Source: Eledone cirrhosa
Lineage: Eukaryota
NCBI GenBank assembly: GCA_964016885.1
Contig: OZ024743.1
Location: 166,160,001-166,224,000, forward strand
DNA: 64,000 nucleotides
Direction of reading: 5' to 3'
The notes under the pieces: generated by a model
What the model was told of the DNA's origin: nothing
Database searches by the model: none
Seen by the model: only the letters and a program-made list of their open reading frames with translations
Shown: positions 1 through 12,021 of the stretch, piece after piece
Numbering within the stretch: position 1 is the first letter of the stretch
How the letters are laid out: every line of letters begins with the position of its first letter
Translations under genes and position numbers: made by a program

Positions 1-570
1 GGAAATGAAAAATGGTAAGGCTGCTGGACCGTCGGGGATAGTTGCTGAGATGCTGAAGGCATCAGGGGACGTAGGCACTAAACTGGTTGCACGCATCATC
101 AATCAGGCTATATAAGGTGGTGTCATACCAAAATTTTATTTTAAGCGGTAACATTCCTGTAATAATTTTCCTGTAATAATTTTCACACAAGCGCCATATT
201 GCCAAAATTTCATTCGTAGGGAGAAACCTTTTGTACTCAACAGGGGTAGTAGTTCATTAAACTTTTTCCATACTGTCCTTATTCTCGGTACTATGCTCTT
301 ATAGCACCCTCTTCTGCTGCTAATTATATCCCCTGGTAGCAGAAGTTGTCAACCACTTCTGTGGATCTTTCCTGATGTTGGAAAAGGTTTATATTATTTT
401 TATTTTATTATTATTATTATTGACACTCTTACTATCAATTGACCATGAACATCTATTACATAAAAATTATTCATTTCCTGTTATCCTACTACACCTCTTG
501 TGTAAGCAAAATTTACATTATGTAAATCATATAGAGTGTATGCCTACTCTTTTGCATACATGAACAACTG
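1..570. mobile_element. Decayed RTE LINE fragments (1-130 on +; about 200-570 on -)
   Basis: Similar to RTE copies elsewhere in the window (GKAAGPSGIVAEMLKAS; the region read as WVHKRCS in intact copies). Confidence 0.75.
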
Positions 571-911
571 GAGGATAACATCACAGAATGAAGTGGTAAA
601 GACTTCTCAACAACACAAGTCTTGGATCACAGCAGAGATAGATGGAGGGAGGTGGTACACTGCTCCACCTTGTAGTGACCCCATGGGCATGGATGGGATG
701 GAGGTGGGGGCATAGAACCTGGAATTGATAGCAGCAGAAGTGGATTATTGGGGAGGTGCCTGACTGGATGATAGACAAGGTCATGAAATTAATATTTTGC
801 TCCCATAATAGGTAGAACCATGCGAGTTTAATCTGCCCCTGCATAATGGTATACATCTATAGCTCAGTCGACTGTTTTATTCGAATAGTCCATGATACAG
901 AAATCACTTAC

Positions 912-983
912 CATATTCCCAAAATTTCATATTCTTTGCCTTGGAACTCTTTCTCACTTCAGCAATGGCAACAATAAGAGTGG
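912..983 (-). CDS. SLC30A9: ZnT9 coding exon (ATLIVAIAEVRKSSKAKNMKFWEY); gene continues beyond position 1
   Basis: aacag| and |gtaagt; 72 nt; resembles ZnT9 'ATLLVAVNELRRNARAKGMSFYKY'. Confidence 0.93.
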
Positions 984-1444
984 CTGTTAAGAAAATGAGA
1001 AAATTAATTTTTTTGGGGGAAAAAAGGATGAGAAAGACCAAATTATAATCTTAATCGCTTTAAATAAAAACACTTTTTTCTAACCCTTTCATGACCACAT
1101 TGCTAATGAAATACACTTTATTTCAATTAATTAATGAAGAATTTTGAGAGATTTACTGAAATTTTAAATTCCTTTTATTACGAACTAGACAAATCCAATT
1201 GATTCTCCTTTGGAGAATGCTTTCTGTACATAGGATACTGTTCATGATATGGAAAAGAATTCAAGAAGTTGAAATTGATTATTGTGATTGCCAAAAGAAT
1301 GGAAAAAAATTGTAAAAATAAAATCAATGGTAAAATTATCAAATTATAATTTTTTTTAATTCCTTGGCACTCAAATATAAATAATGTAAATAAAAATTTA
1401 AAAGAAAAAAATAATAATAAATTAATTTAACAATAACCTTGCTG

Positions 1445-1623
1445 AGGTATCTAAAGTTCAGCAATTTTGTGATAAGGGGAAAATTGATTAAATAAACATC
1501 CAATAATTGACTTGTACTTTATTTTATTGACCTCAGAAGGATGAAAAGCAAAGTTGACCCCAGCAAGATTTGAAATAAGAATGAAAAGAGACTGAACAAA
1601 TAGTGAAGCATTTTATTGACAGT
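1445..1623 (-). mobile_element. Decayed tRNA-derived CORE-type SINE
   Basis: Reverse complement of gtcaactttgcttttcatcc...aataaagtac; near-identical to the copy at 5640-5802. Confidence 0.7.
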
Positions 1624-1833
1624 GGCTTGGCAGAATCAATAGGGCGTCGTACAACATGCTTAGCGGCATAAAGTTACAGTCCTTTACGTTCTGAGTTCAA
1701 ATCCCGCCAAGTTTAGCTTTGACTTTCATCCTTACAGGATTGATAAAATAAAGTACCAGTAATGCACTAGAGTCAATTTAATTGACTTCCTCTTTCCCAA
1801 AAAATTGTTGGCCTTGTGCCTAAAGCAGAAAGC
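1621..1833 (+). mobile_element. tRNA-derived CORE-type SINE
   Basis: A-box-like tggcagaatc; B box gagttcaaatcc; core ctttcatcc...gataaaataaagtaccagt; tail ggccttgtgcc. Confidence 0.8.
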
Positions 1834-2321
1834 ATCATTTATTACATTAATAGATAAATCCAGTTGATTCTCCTTTGGAGAATGCTGTTCAGAATATGGA
1901 AAAGCATTCAAGATTATTGATTATTGTGATTGCCAAAAGAATGAAAAAAATTATAAAAATAAAATCAATGGTAAAATTATCAAATGAATTATAATAAAAA
2001 ATTCCTTAATGTAAATAACAATTTAAATGAAAAAATATAATAAATTAATTTAACAATAACCTCGCTTTAGAATATTATATTCAATATCATATAACTCATA
2101 ATATTGATAAAATTTCATCATTAGCGAGTATAATTTTTTAATTTAAATGGTTATTTTTGGTTTTATATATTTTGTTTTTTATACCTAAAGAATTTCATCA
2201 TAAATAATGTTTTAACTTTTTCATCTTTTGTGCAATAATAAAGATTATTAGGATCAAATACTTCAGTTTTAAGATTGATATCAACTTTTTTTAAATGTTT
2301 GATCTTGTGGTTTATTTATTG

Positions 2322-2990
2322 TCATAGCAAAGATAGTTTAACTGGGAATTGTAATCTTGTAAACTTCACTGGCTCCTCTGCAAGTAATTTAATTCTTGGT
2401 AATAATACTAATTCATTTTTGTACTTTCCATTTAGTATGTTTGCTTCAATTACATTATTTGTAAGGGATTCCACTATTAACCTCGTTCTGTTGCATAACT
2501 TTGGAGTTTGTAAATTTCTCAAAAGAATAATTGGGGCTCCTTTCTTCAAATTCAATTCATGTGGTGGAAATCCCGATAATTCTAATGAATTTAAGAACTC
2601 AACTGGAAAATCTACTGCTTCATTTGTATCCACTATTTGAATTGTAGTTTCCTAATCTATGTTCTTCTACTTTGTTAAGTAATTGCATATTAATAGCATC
2701 AACATAATTCTACCTGTCATCCATTCTGTATTAGTGTAATTAATTGCAATGTCCTCAAAAATAAAAGTTTCTAAATCAATTTCATTCTCAACTATTTCCC
2801 ACTGGTAATATTATGTGATTGTCATCACTTGGGATCTTTTTTTCTCCTATTTCTAATAAGTTTATTTTCAAAGTTCTGTAAGTTATTATTTCTTAAGATT
2901 TACACTCTCATATTAATTCTTAATGGCAATTTGTGGAATAATAACCATAAATGTGATGCCTTGATTGATGCATCTATTTCATAATGGGAG
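2322..2990 (-). pseudogene. Helitron PIF1-like helicase remnant
   Basis: ORF 2322-2633 reads FPVEFLNSLELSGFPPHELNLKKGAPIILLRNL...RLQFPVKL, typical of Helitron PIF1; upstream part is disrupted. Confidence 0.88.
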
Positions 2991-4842
2991 AAGACATATA
3001 AAGTCAAAAATTATATATTGCTAAACAAAGATCTTTGAATTGTTTGACAAACTAAATGACTGAAATTAACATATAAATGGCTGAGTATTCCACAGATATA
3101 TGAACACAACACAATTTTTAAGCCAAATTATTGAATGGAGATAGAAAGAGATGTGTTTACTCAACGTCTTTGGCAAGACCAACATTATCTGTTGTAGTGT
3201 GTGATGAAAAACATTTAATAAAAATAAAATTCATAAAAGGGCCAAAATCAAATTTTAAAAATTTGTTTTTAAAACTGCGGAGGCAATTTTTCTACATCCA
3301 TAAAATGGGTGTGTTGATGTGGGTGCATGTGTGTACCTATACACGTTTGTCTATGTATATAAACAAACTCCATAGTCTTTGCTGGAGAATTAGCATATAT
3401 ATATAAAATTAAATCCCAGTAGAAGGAAGACACAGTTGAGGAAGACCACGAAAAACATGGGCAGAGGTGGTGAGAGCAGACCTCAGATCGCTGAAGCTCA
3501 CAGTGGAGATGACTGGAGAGATGCCGTGCTTAATAGGACCCGCCCCACCCTTGCTAGCAGGGAAAAGCGGATGTAAAATGATGATGATGATACACAAACT
3601 TTTTGATTATATTATTTACATTTAAATCGTTATTAGGGCAAGAAAAATATTGCACTGAAAATTTTAAATTGCACTTGTCAAACACAAAGTAAATGTGTCT
3701 GTGCTAACTACTCAGAAGTGAACTGACAGATGGATGTGAAACCAATTTTATTATTATAGATATAGTATTAATAACTTAACAAAAAGATCATCATGTTCAT
3801 GAAACTTTTGTTGTTGGAAGAATTTAATTTAAATAGGAATCTTTTTGTTTCATAGAACCACAGTTGGTTTTGTGTGGGTTGTTATCAAAAGGGTTAAATT
3901 TAGAAGATTAAAATAAAAGAATCAACGTTTTATTTTTCATAATTGCGAAATTTTAAAATTGAAACAAAACCAGTCTTAGAAATTTAAATATAATTGAAAA
4001 CATTAGTTAAATTTTTTGTCTATTGTACTTCAGCAATTATATAATGGAAGAGTCATTTTAACCATACAAAAACACACAACTGTTAACTTCACTTTACAGT
4101 TATCATATATTTCTTAGTCTCAAAACTTTTGCAACACTCTTTATAACTTGACTACTAACAAAGTTCATTGCACAGTTTGCAACCTGATCACTAAGTCTTT
4201 TTTGAGGTAGCAAACATTTAGGCCAAGTCTTTAGTTTATAGATACTTCGTCCCTCCATTCTACCAGTCATGGAAGCCCCTAAAAAGTATCATGAGCACTG
4301 CCCTTCCTCCTGACTAAACAATAAATACAAATCCTGCCAGATGATACCAACACATCATACCAATTGTTTTAGATAGCTAACACAATAACAAACCACCAAG
4401 TGAGCTTCTAGATAAATACTTGACTTGCAAGAAATAGCAACCAAATTTTCCTCAAATCCCCCTCTACCGTCTTTTAAAAAGATAAAAATAAAGGATGCAG
4501 ATGACACTGTCTTAGATGTGCTTTGGCTATATATATCTATATATATACATAAAAGGGATGAGAAAAAGATGTGATGATCATGGCTGGAATGTCTTTGATA
4601 ACAGGACAGTTTGATCAGGGTTAACCAAAGGCTAAACATTAACAACATGCACAGCCAAAAGGTTGAACAGTTTTCATTTAGACATTATAACAGTCTGTAT
4701 TCTATCTTTATAGAGATGGCAGTAATTAATTCTAAGTTTTTTAAAACAACTCACTTTAACTTCTGCCTGTGCAGTATGTTGGCTTTTATCATTTGTTTGT
4801 GTATATTATAAGGGTGGTTTATAGTCGATATGTGCTAAATAT

Positions 4843-5032
4843 AATTGTTTCTACTTTTGGCACAAGGCCAGCAATTATCCCACATTGCTGGTACTTTATT
4901 TTATCGACCCCATAAGGATGAAAGGTAAAGTTAACCTCGGCGGGATTTGAACTCAGACCGTAAAGGGCCGTAACTCTATGCTGCAAAACATAGCGTCTGA
5001 CCCTCTACCGATACTGCCAATCCACCACCCTT
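4843..5032 (-). mobile_element. tRNA-derived CORE-type SINE
   Basis: Same B box and core as 1621-1833, in reverse orientation. Partial copies at 16392-16518 and 26168-26237. Confidence 0.8.
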
Positions 5033-5636
5033 AATGAAATCATTTCAGCCTTGTTGAATGACTGAAACAGTACAGTGCTTTACAATATTTAGTTCTCTCC
5101 TCACTATGTTCTGATTTCAAGCATGAAGTGAACCTGCACTTAGAAAGAGAACATTTAAAAACATTGAAGCATCTAACCATGCCATGTATTGAGTAATTCT
5201 GCGTTGTGTGTGTATTTGATTTAGAATAGGTACACTATATGCCTGCATCTTGTAACAGGCAACTAAAAGGGTTGGTACTAGAAGGGGTGTCCGGTTGTAG
5301 AACATTGCCTTAAAAAGAATGCCATAATGAGTATGAAGCATATTAGGGAGCCAAAAATATTGTTCTTGTTCTATGTTCTGAATTCAAACCTCACCAAAGT
5401 TGATTTTCGTTCTTTTTTATTCCTCTAAGGACCAGCTACATTTATATTCTGAAATCTGAACAATCGACTATAAACCACTCTTATAATGTACAGCCTTCTG
5501 CATGATAATGTGACTTGATATTCTTTTTTAATTCTTCATGCATGCATTTAAAATTGCAAAATTGCCATCCACTCCCTACCCACCCACATACTGCCCTCCC
5601 TTCCTCTCCAAAAGACACTAAAAATATTCTAAATAA

Positions 5637-5830
5637 AGGTTTCTAATTTAGGTACAAGTTCAGCAATTTTGTGATGAGGGGAAAATTGATTAAATAAACA
5701 TCCAATAATTGACTTTTATTGACCTCAGAAGGATGACCCCAGCAAGATTTGAAATAAGAATGAAAAGAGACTGAACAAATAGTGAAGCATTTTATTGACA
5801 GTCTAATAATTCTATCAATCAGCTACCATT
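5637..5830 (-). mobile_element. Decayed CORE-type SINE just downstream of a ZnT9 exon
   Basis: Same family; shares its decay pattern with 1445-1623. Confidence 0.7.
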
Positions 5831-5866
5831 AAATATTCCAAATAATAGAAAAATAGAAAAACTTAC

Positions 5867-5906
5867 CACCTTCAGACACCATAGTACCAAGCAATGCAGC
5901 AATAGC
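5867..5906 (-). CDS. SLC30A9: ZnT9 coding exon (AIAALLGTMVSEG)
   Basis: atag| and |gtaagt; 40 nt; joins in frame to give VSEGATL. Confidence 0.92.
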
Positions 5907-6339
5907 CTATGAATTATAGAGAATAGAATGCATGAACATGAAACTATCTCACATGGGCAGATTAAACTTGCAGGGGTCCCCTAACTAAAACTTTCATCAT
6001 TATTTATAGTAGCAAAAATTAATTTAAGGCCCTGGTGACACCACACTCAGTCCCATTCCCCAATAACCAGCCACTGATCACACATATACATTAGGAGTTA
6101 ATTTCTAAATTATTAACTATATTTGGTGTTGATTTTCTATGGAAACAAACAAAAGTTACAGTAAATCATTAACCCTTTCATAATCGTATTTTTTAAAGAA
6201 ATACTCAGTTTTAAGTTCCAGTTTATCTTAAAGATAATCAAGAATTTGAAGGGATTTAGTAAAATATTTAAATTTCTGATCAATTGGTATATTAAATAGA
6301 AACCCTTTAAAATGAGTAGTTTTGTTTCATAGAACCGAG

Positions 6340-8247
6340 ACTGCAATCAAAGAAAGCAATGGTCACTCTTTATTTCAGACACAGATAGCCAACATAAGCC
6401 CATCTCCCACACCCCTCCCTGCGCCTCCAACTCATCCCTTCCACCCACCCAACAAAATCCAAAACTTCAGAGTTGGTACCATGAATGTAGGCACTTTGAA
6501 AGGTCGCGCAAACAAGGTTGTAGAGATGCTTGAACGTAAGGAAGTTGATGTTTGTTGTGTTCAAGACACTAGGTGGAGAAAAATGGGTGGATAAGGTAAT
6601 TGCCGTAAATAGAGTGAACGACAGAATAATTAAAATAAGACTAGTCCTAAATAGAACTACTGTGACAATAATATCCGCTTATGCACCCCAATCTGGCCTA
6701 CCTGACGCTATAAAAGACAGGTTCTATGAGTCGCTAATGCTCACTACCTCCCAAATAACCGACAGTGACTGCATAATTATTGCTGGCAACCTAAATGGCC
6801 ATGTTGGACAACATTGTGATGGCTATGACGGAATCCATGGAGGCTATGGGTTTGGTACTAAAATTGAGGAAGGCTTCAGAATCCTGGAATTCTGTGACGC
6901 TAATAACCTAACTATCTGCAACACAAACTTCAAAAAATGAGACAATCACTTGATCACTTATAGATCAGGGGAACACGCCAGCCAGATAGATTATATCCTC
7001 ACTAGAAGACGTGGCAAAGTGTCTGTTGCAAACACTAAATCCGGCCCCCGTGAAGAATGCACCTCCCAACATAGCCTCATAGTTAGTGACCTCATAGTCA
7101 GGACTAGACGTACTCGACGACAGAGGACGACTACCCTGAGGAGAAGAATATAGAAGTTGAAGGACCCCACAGCCAGTAACAAATTTAAAAGCATATTACT
7201 TGATGCTTTTTGACAGTAAGGAAGAGCAACGGTAAGGTCGAGGAGACAATCAAGGCCAAAAAGCAGGCTTGGAAAGTATGGTGGGATGGGGGAAGTAGAG
7301 AACACTATCAAGTGGCCAGGAGAGATGCTAGGAGACAAATGTACTTTGCAAGAAGGGAAGCATAGGATAGAAAGTTCAAACATGTTCTACAACGCGAGGA
7401 CCAAAAACGTGAGGTGTTCAGGATTGCAAGACAATGTGTCAAGGAAAACCGTGATATTGTCGGGGAGAAGTGTGTCCGTAATGATAACGGTGTACTTGCC
7501 CTCACTGATACTGATAAGAAGGTAGCTTGGAAGTGTCACTATGAGAGACTACTAAAGGAGGAGAATAAATGGGAAAAAGATAGTCTGCCCCAAATCGATC
7601 CAATAGAGGGACCAGCAGTGCGAGTTAAAGGTAGTATAATAAGTAAGACAATCAAAGATATGAAGACAGACAAGGCAGCTGGGCCTTCGGAGATAGTTGC
7701 TGAGATGTTGAAAGCATCTGGAATGGTGGGACATACTATGGTCACCTGGATAGTAAACCAAATAATACAGAATGGGGTCATACCAAATGACTGGCGTAGC
7801 ATCATCATCATTAACTGCTACAAGGGCAAAGGAGATGCTCCAGATAGAGAAAACTATAGAGGCCTTAAGTTAGTTGACCAGGTGATGAAGGTCACAGGAA
7901 GAGTTATAGCGCAACTAATCAGAGAGCGAATTGATCTAGAGGAAATGCAGTTTGGGTTTGTGTCAGGTAAAAGTACCACAGACGCTCTTTTCCTTGTACG
8001 ACAACCACAGGAGAAGTACCTAGCTAAAAATAAACCCCTCTACTTAGCTTTTGTTGACTTGGAGAAGACAGAGTCCCCCGCTCCATTATCTGGTGGGCTC
8101 TTAGAAAACTAGGTGTAGATGAATGGCTTGTGAGAGCTATACAAGCCATGTATAAAGAAACAGTCAGCAAGGTTAGAATTAACAATGAATATAGTGAAGA
8201 ATTTAGCGTAAAAGTTGGTGTTCATCAAGGCTCTGTCCTTAGCCCCC
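6340..8247 (+). mobile_element. RTE-clade LINE, 5' part (APE endonuclease and start of RT), frameshifted
   Basis: Motifs VGTMNVGTL, ISAYAPQ, SQIDYIL, YRGLKLVDQVMKV, MQFGF, GVHQGSVLSP. Continues at 10709. Confidence 0.95.
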
Positions 8248-10440
8248 ATCATCATCATCATCATCATCTTCGTTTAACGTCTATCTTCCACGGGTTAGAT
8301 TGTCCCATCTAAGCAAGGTTGGTCGGGTAACCGTGTCTCGCTCATATAGGACTATCTGGCAGGTTTTCTACGGCTGGATGCCCATCCTAACACCAACCAC
8401 ATTTACAGTGTGGAACTGGGAACTTTTTACCGTGTTACCTACACGGCCACATTACAGCGTGGACTGTGTGTTTTTTTTTGTCGTGATACCTACATGATCT
8501 CGATCTCATTTCATTTATTTGGACTGGATGTTGTGGTACCAACTTTACAGAGAGAGGGTGGTGTTATGGGAGTGGAAGGATGGAGTAGGAGTAGTGGATT
8601 GGGGTGTATATTTGGTTAAGAGGTGCCCACTGACTGTAGGTTTCACTTTGTACATAGGCAAGGCGGGTCTTCTGTATTACTGCGTGGCTCCAAAGATCTC
8701 GGTCCAGTGACATTGTCTTAGAGAGGTGCAAGTGTGTAAGGTCGGAATTTATCAAATCGTCCCAGGTTTTTCTGGGTCAACCTACTCCGTAAATACCATC
8801 AATTTTGATCACCCTGCACTTTTTATACAGCTGTCGTCTTTCATGCGCATTACGTGACCATACCAACATAGTCTTCTCTCAAGTAAACAGCATCGGATCC
8901 CTCTTATTCCTAATTTCTCACTTAGTTCATTTATGCTTCGTTCCTTTCCAGTCTGCACAGGTCCTCTGCACACAATGCCCATGTATCACTGCCATGTAGC
9001 ATTGCTGTTCGTATACAAGCATCATACAATCTGCCTTTCATTTTTAGAGAGAAACCTTTTGTGGCCAACAACGGTAAAAGCTCTCTGAACTTTTTCCATC
9101 CCGTTCTGACTCTAGCTACTGTACTTTCAGAACACCCTCCACCACTGCTGATTTTGTCACCCAGGTAACAGAAAGTGTCCACTATTTCTATAGAACTATC
9201 TGGGCAATAGAAGGAGCTAGTGTCCTGTGGGCACTTGCTACTTATTGCACCTGAGCATCGGCCACATATAAAATCTACGTTCTTAGATAGTTTACCTGTG
9301 ATCCCACTACATCTTTTATGTACCCATAGTTTGCATTTGGGTCATAAAATGGGATTTCTGCCTACTCCTTTCCTACACACTGAGCAAGGCCATTTCCCTG
9401 AGGGCACCTGTGCCCTATTTTCCTTTCTACACACTTGTCTTAGACAAGTTAACTTTAAGGCCTTTTGATTCTAGGCCATTCTTCCATGTTTGGAATTTCT
9501 TCTCTAGTTCAGCCATAGATTCAGCTATGAGAGTTAGATCATCTGTGTATAGGAGTTCCCATCGACAGCCGCTCTTAAACCCCTCTGTTATAGCCTGAAG
9601 GGCTAAATAGGAGGGGGCTAAGGACAGAGCCTCGATGAACACCAACTTTTACACTAAATTCTTCACAATATTGATTGTTAATTCTAACCTTACTGACTGT
9701 TTCATTATACATGGCTTGTATAGCTCTCATAAGCCATTCATCTACACCTAGTTTTCTAAGAGCCCACCAGATAATGGAGCGGGGGACTCTGTCTTCTCCA
9801 AGTCAACAAAAGCTAAGTAGAGGGTTTACTTTTAGCTAGGTACTTCTCCTGTGGTTGTCATACAAGGAAAAGAGCGCCTGTGGTACTTTTACCTGACACA
9901 AACCCAAACTGCATTTCATCTAGATCAATTCGCTCTCTGATTAGTTGCGCTATAACTCTTCCTGTGACCTTCATCACCTGGTCAATTAATTTAATGCCTC
10001 TATAGTTGCCCCTATCTAGAGCATCCCCTTTACCCCTGTAGCAGTTAATGATGATGATGCTACGCCAGTCTTTTGGTATGACCCCATTCTGCATTACTTG
10101 GTTAACTATATGGGTGACCATAGTATGTCCCACCATTCCAGATGCCTTCAACATCTCAGCAACTATTTCCGAAGGCCCAGCTGCCTTGCCTGTCTTCATA
10201 TCTTTGATTGCCTTACTTATTATACTACCTTTAACTTGCACCACTGGTCCTTCTATTGGATCGATTTGGGGCAGACTATCTTTTTCCCATTTATTCTCCT
10301 CATTTAATAGTCTCTCGTAGTGACACTTCTAAGCTATCTTCCTATCAGTCTCAGTGAGGGCAAGTACACCGTTATCATTACGGACACACTTCTCCCCGAC
10401 AATATCACGGTTTTCCTTGACACATTGTCTAGCAATCTTT
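8248..10440 (-). mobile_element. Inverted 5'-truncated copy of the same RTE family, with (GAT)n tail at about 8248-8267
   Basis: Reverse-complement near-identity to 7420-8247 and 10709-12021. Confidence 0.95.
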
Positions 10441-10708
10441 AGGAGAAGGTTAATTTTTTATGAAGGGTCCAACAGAATGAGGCATATTATTAAAAACATG
10501 TAAAATATTAATTGAAAATCCGAGAGAAAAACGGAGAATTTGAATTCTAGACTGGCATAAATAGAAGTTTAAAATACTGCTCATCGAGTGAACTACAGGT
10601 AAAAGGAAAGACAAGTGTTTTGCTTACATTCTCAAAATCGACAGATCGTCCATAAGATAGATTAGATAGATAAATTCTGTCCTTGGAACCCAGGAAGGTT
10701 TATTTTAC

Positions 10709-12021
10709 CTCCTATTTATTATTGCACTTCAGGCTATAACAGAGGAGTTTAAGAGCGACTGCTCGTGGGAACTTCTATACACAGATGATCTAACTCTCAT
10801 AGCTGAATATATGGCTGAACTAGAGGAGAAATTCCAAACATGGAAGAATGGCCTAGAATCAAAAGGCCTTAAAGTTAACTTGTCTAAAACTAAAGTTCTA
10901 GTATGTAGAAAGGAAAATGGCCATGCTCAGTGTGTAGGAAAGGAGAAGGTAGAAATTCCATTTTATGTCCCAAATGCAAACTATGGGTACATAAAAGATG
11001 TAGTGGGATCACAGGTAAGCTATCTAAGAAAGTAGATTTTATATGTGGCCGATGCTCAAGTGCAATAAGTAGCAAGTGCCCTCAGGATACTAGTTCCTTC
11101 TATTGCCCAGATGGTTCTATAGAAATAGTGGACACTTTCCGTTACCTGGGTGACAAAATCAGCAGTGGTGGAGGGTGCTCTGAAAGTACAGTAGCCAGAG
11201 TCAGAACAGGATGGAAAAAGTTCAGAGTTTATACCGTTGTTGGTCACAAAAGGTTTCTCTCTAAAAATGAAAGGCAGATTGTATGATGCCTGTATATGAA
11301 CAGTAATGTTACATGGCAATGAAACATGGGCATTGTGTGCAGAGGACCTGCGCAGACTGGAAAGGAATGAAGCATGCATGCTCCGTTGGATGTGTAATAG
11401 TAATATACGTGAACGGCAAAGCATAAATGAACTAAGTGAGAAATTAGGAATAAGATGCTGTTTACATGAGAGATGACTACGTTGGTATGGTCACGTGATG
11501 CGCATGAAAGACGACAGTTGTATAAAAAAATGCAGGGCGATCAAAATTGATGGTAGTTACAGAGTAGGTAGACCCAGAAAAACCTGGGTCGATTTGATAA
11601 ATTCCGACCTTACACACTTGCACCTCTCTAAAACAATGTCACTGGACCGAGATCTTTGGCGCCACGCAGTAATACAGAAGACCCGCCTTGCCTATGTACA
11701 AAGCGAAACCTACAATCAGTAGGCACCTCCAAACCAAATATACACCCCAACCCACTACACCTACTCCATCCTCCCACTCCCACCAACACCACCCTTTCTC
11801 TGTAAAGTTATGTTGGTACCACAACATCCAGTCCAAACTAATGAGATAATGAGCTCGAGATCGTGTAGGTGTCACGACAAAAAAACACACAGTCCACGCT
11901 TTGATGTGGCTGTGTAGGTAACACGGTAAAAAGTTCCCAGTCCACACTGTAAATATGGTTGGTGTTAGGAAGGGCATCCAGCCATAGAAAACCTGCCAGA
12001 TATTCCTATATGAGCGAGACA
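10709..12021 (+). mobile_element. RTE LINE 3' part (continuation of 6340-8247)
   Basis: Resumes at the SP|LLFIIALQA junction; YTDD, Cys-rich insert and 3' UTR follow. Confidence 0.93.

Larger units (their letters stand above)
1185..3760 (-). mobile_element. Internally deleted Helitron with a duplicated 3' end
   Basis: On the minus strand: 5' TCTATAATAATAAAA at 3760; subterminal hairpin attctcc-aaa-ggagaat followed by CTAG|T at 1185; second 3'-end copy at about 1850-2065; PIF1 helicase remnant inside. Confidence 0.75.
1081..3897. mobile_element. piggyBac-type MITE split by a Helitron (arms about 1081-1180 and 3765-3897)
   Basis: Termini taaccctt... and ...aagggttaa (TTAA|CCC...GGG|TTAA type). 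Related fragments lie at about 6169-6340, 22835-23035, 25690-26110 and 31550-31880. Confidence 0.6.
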
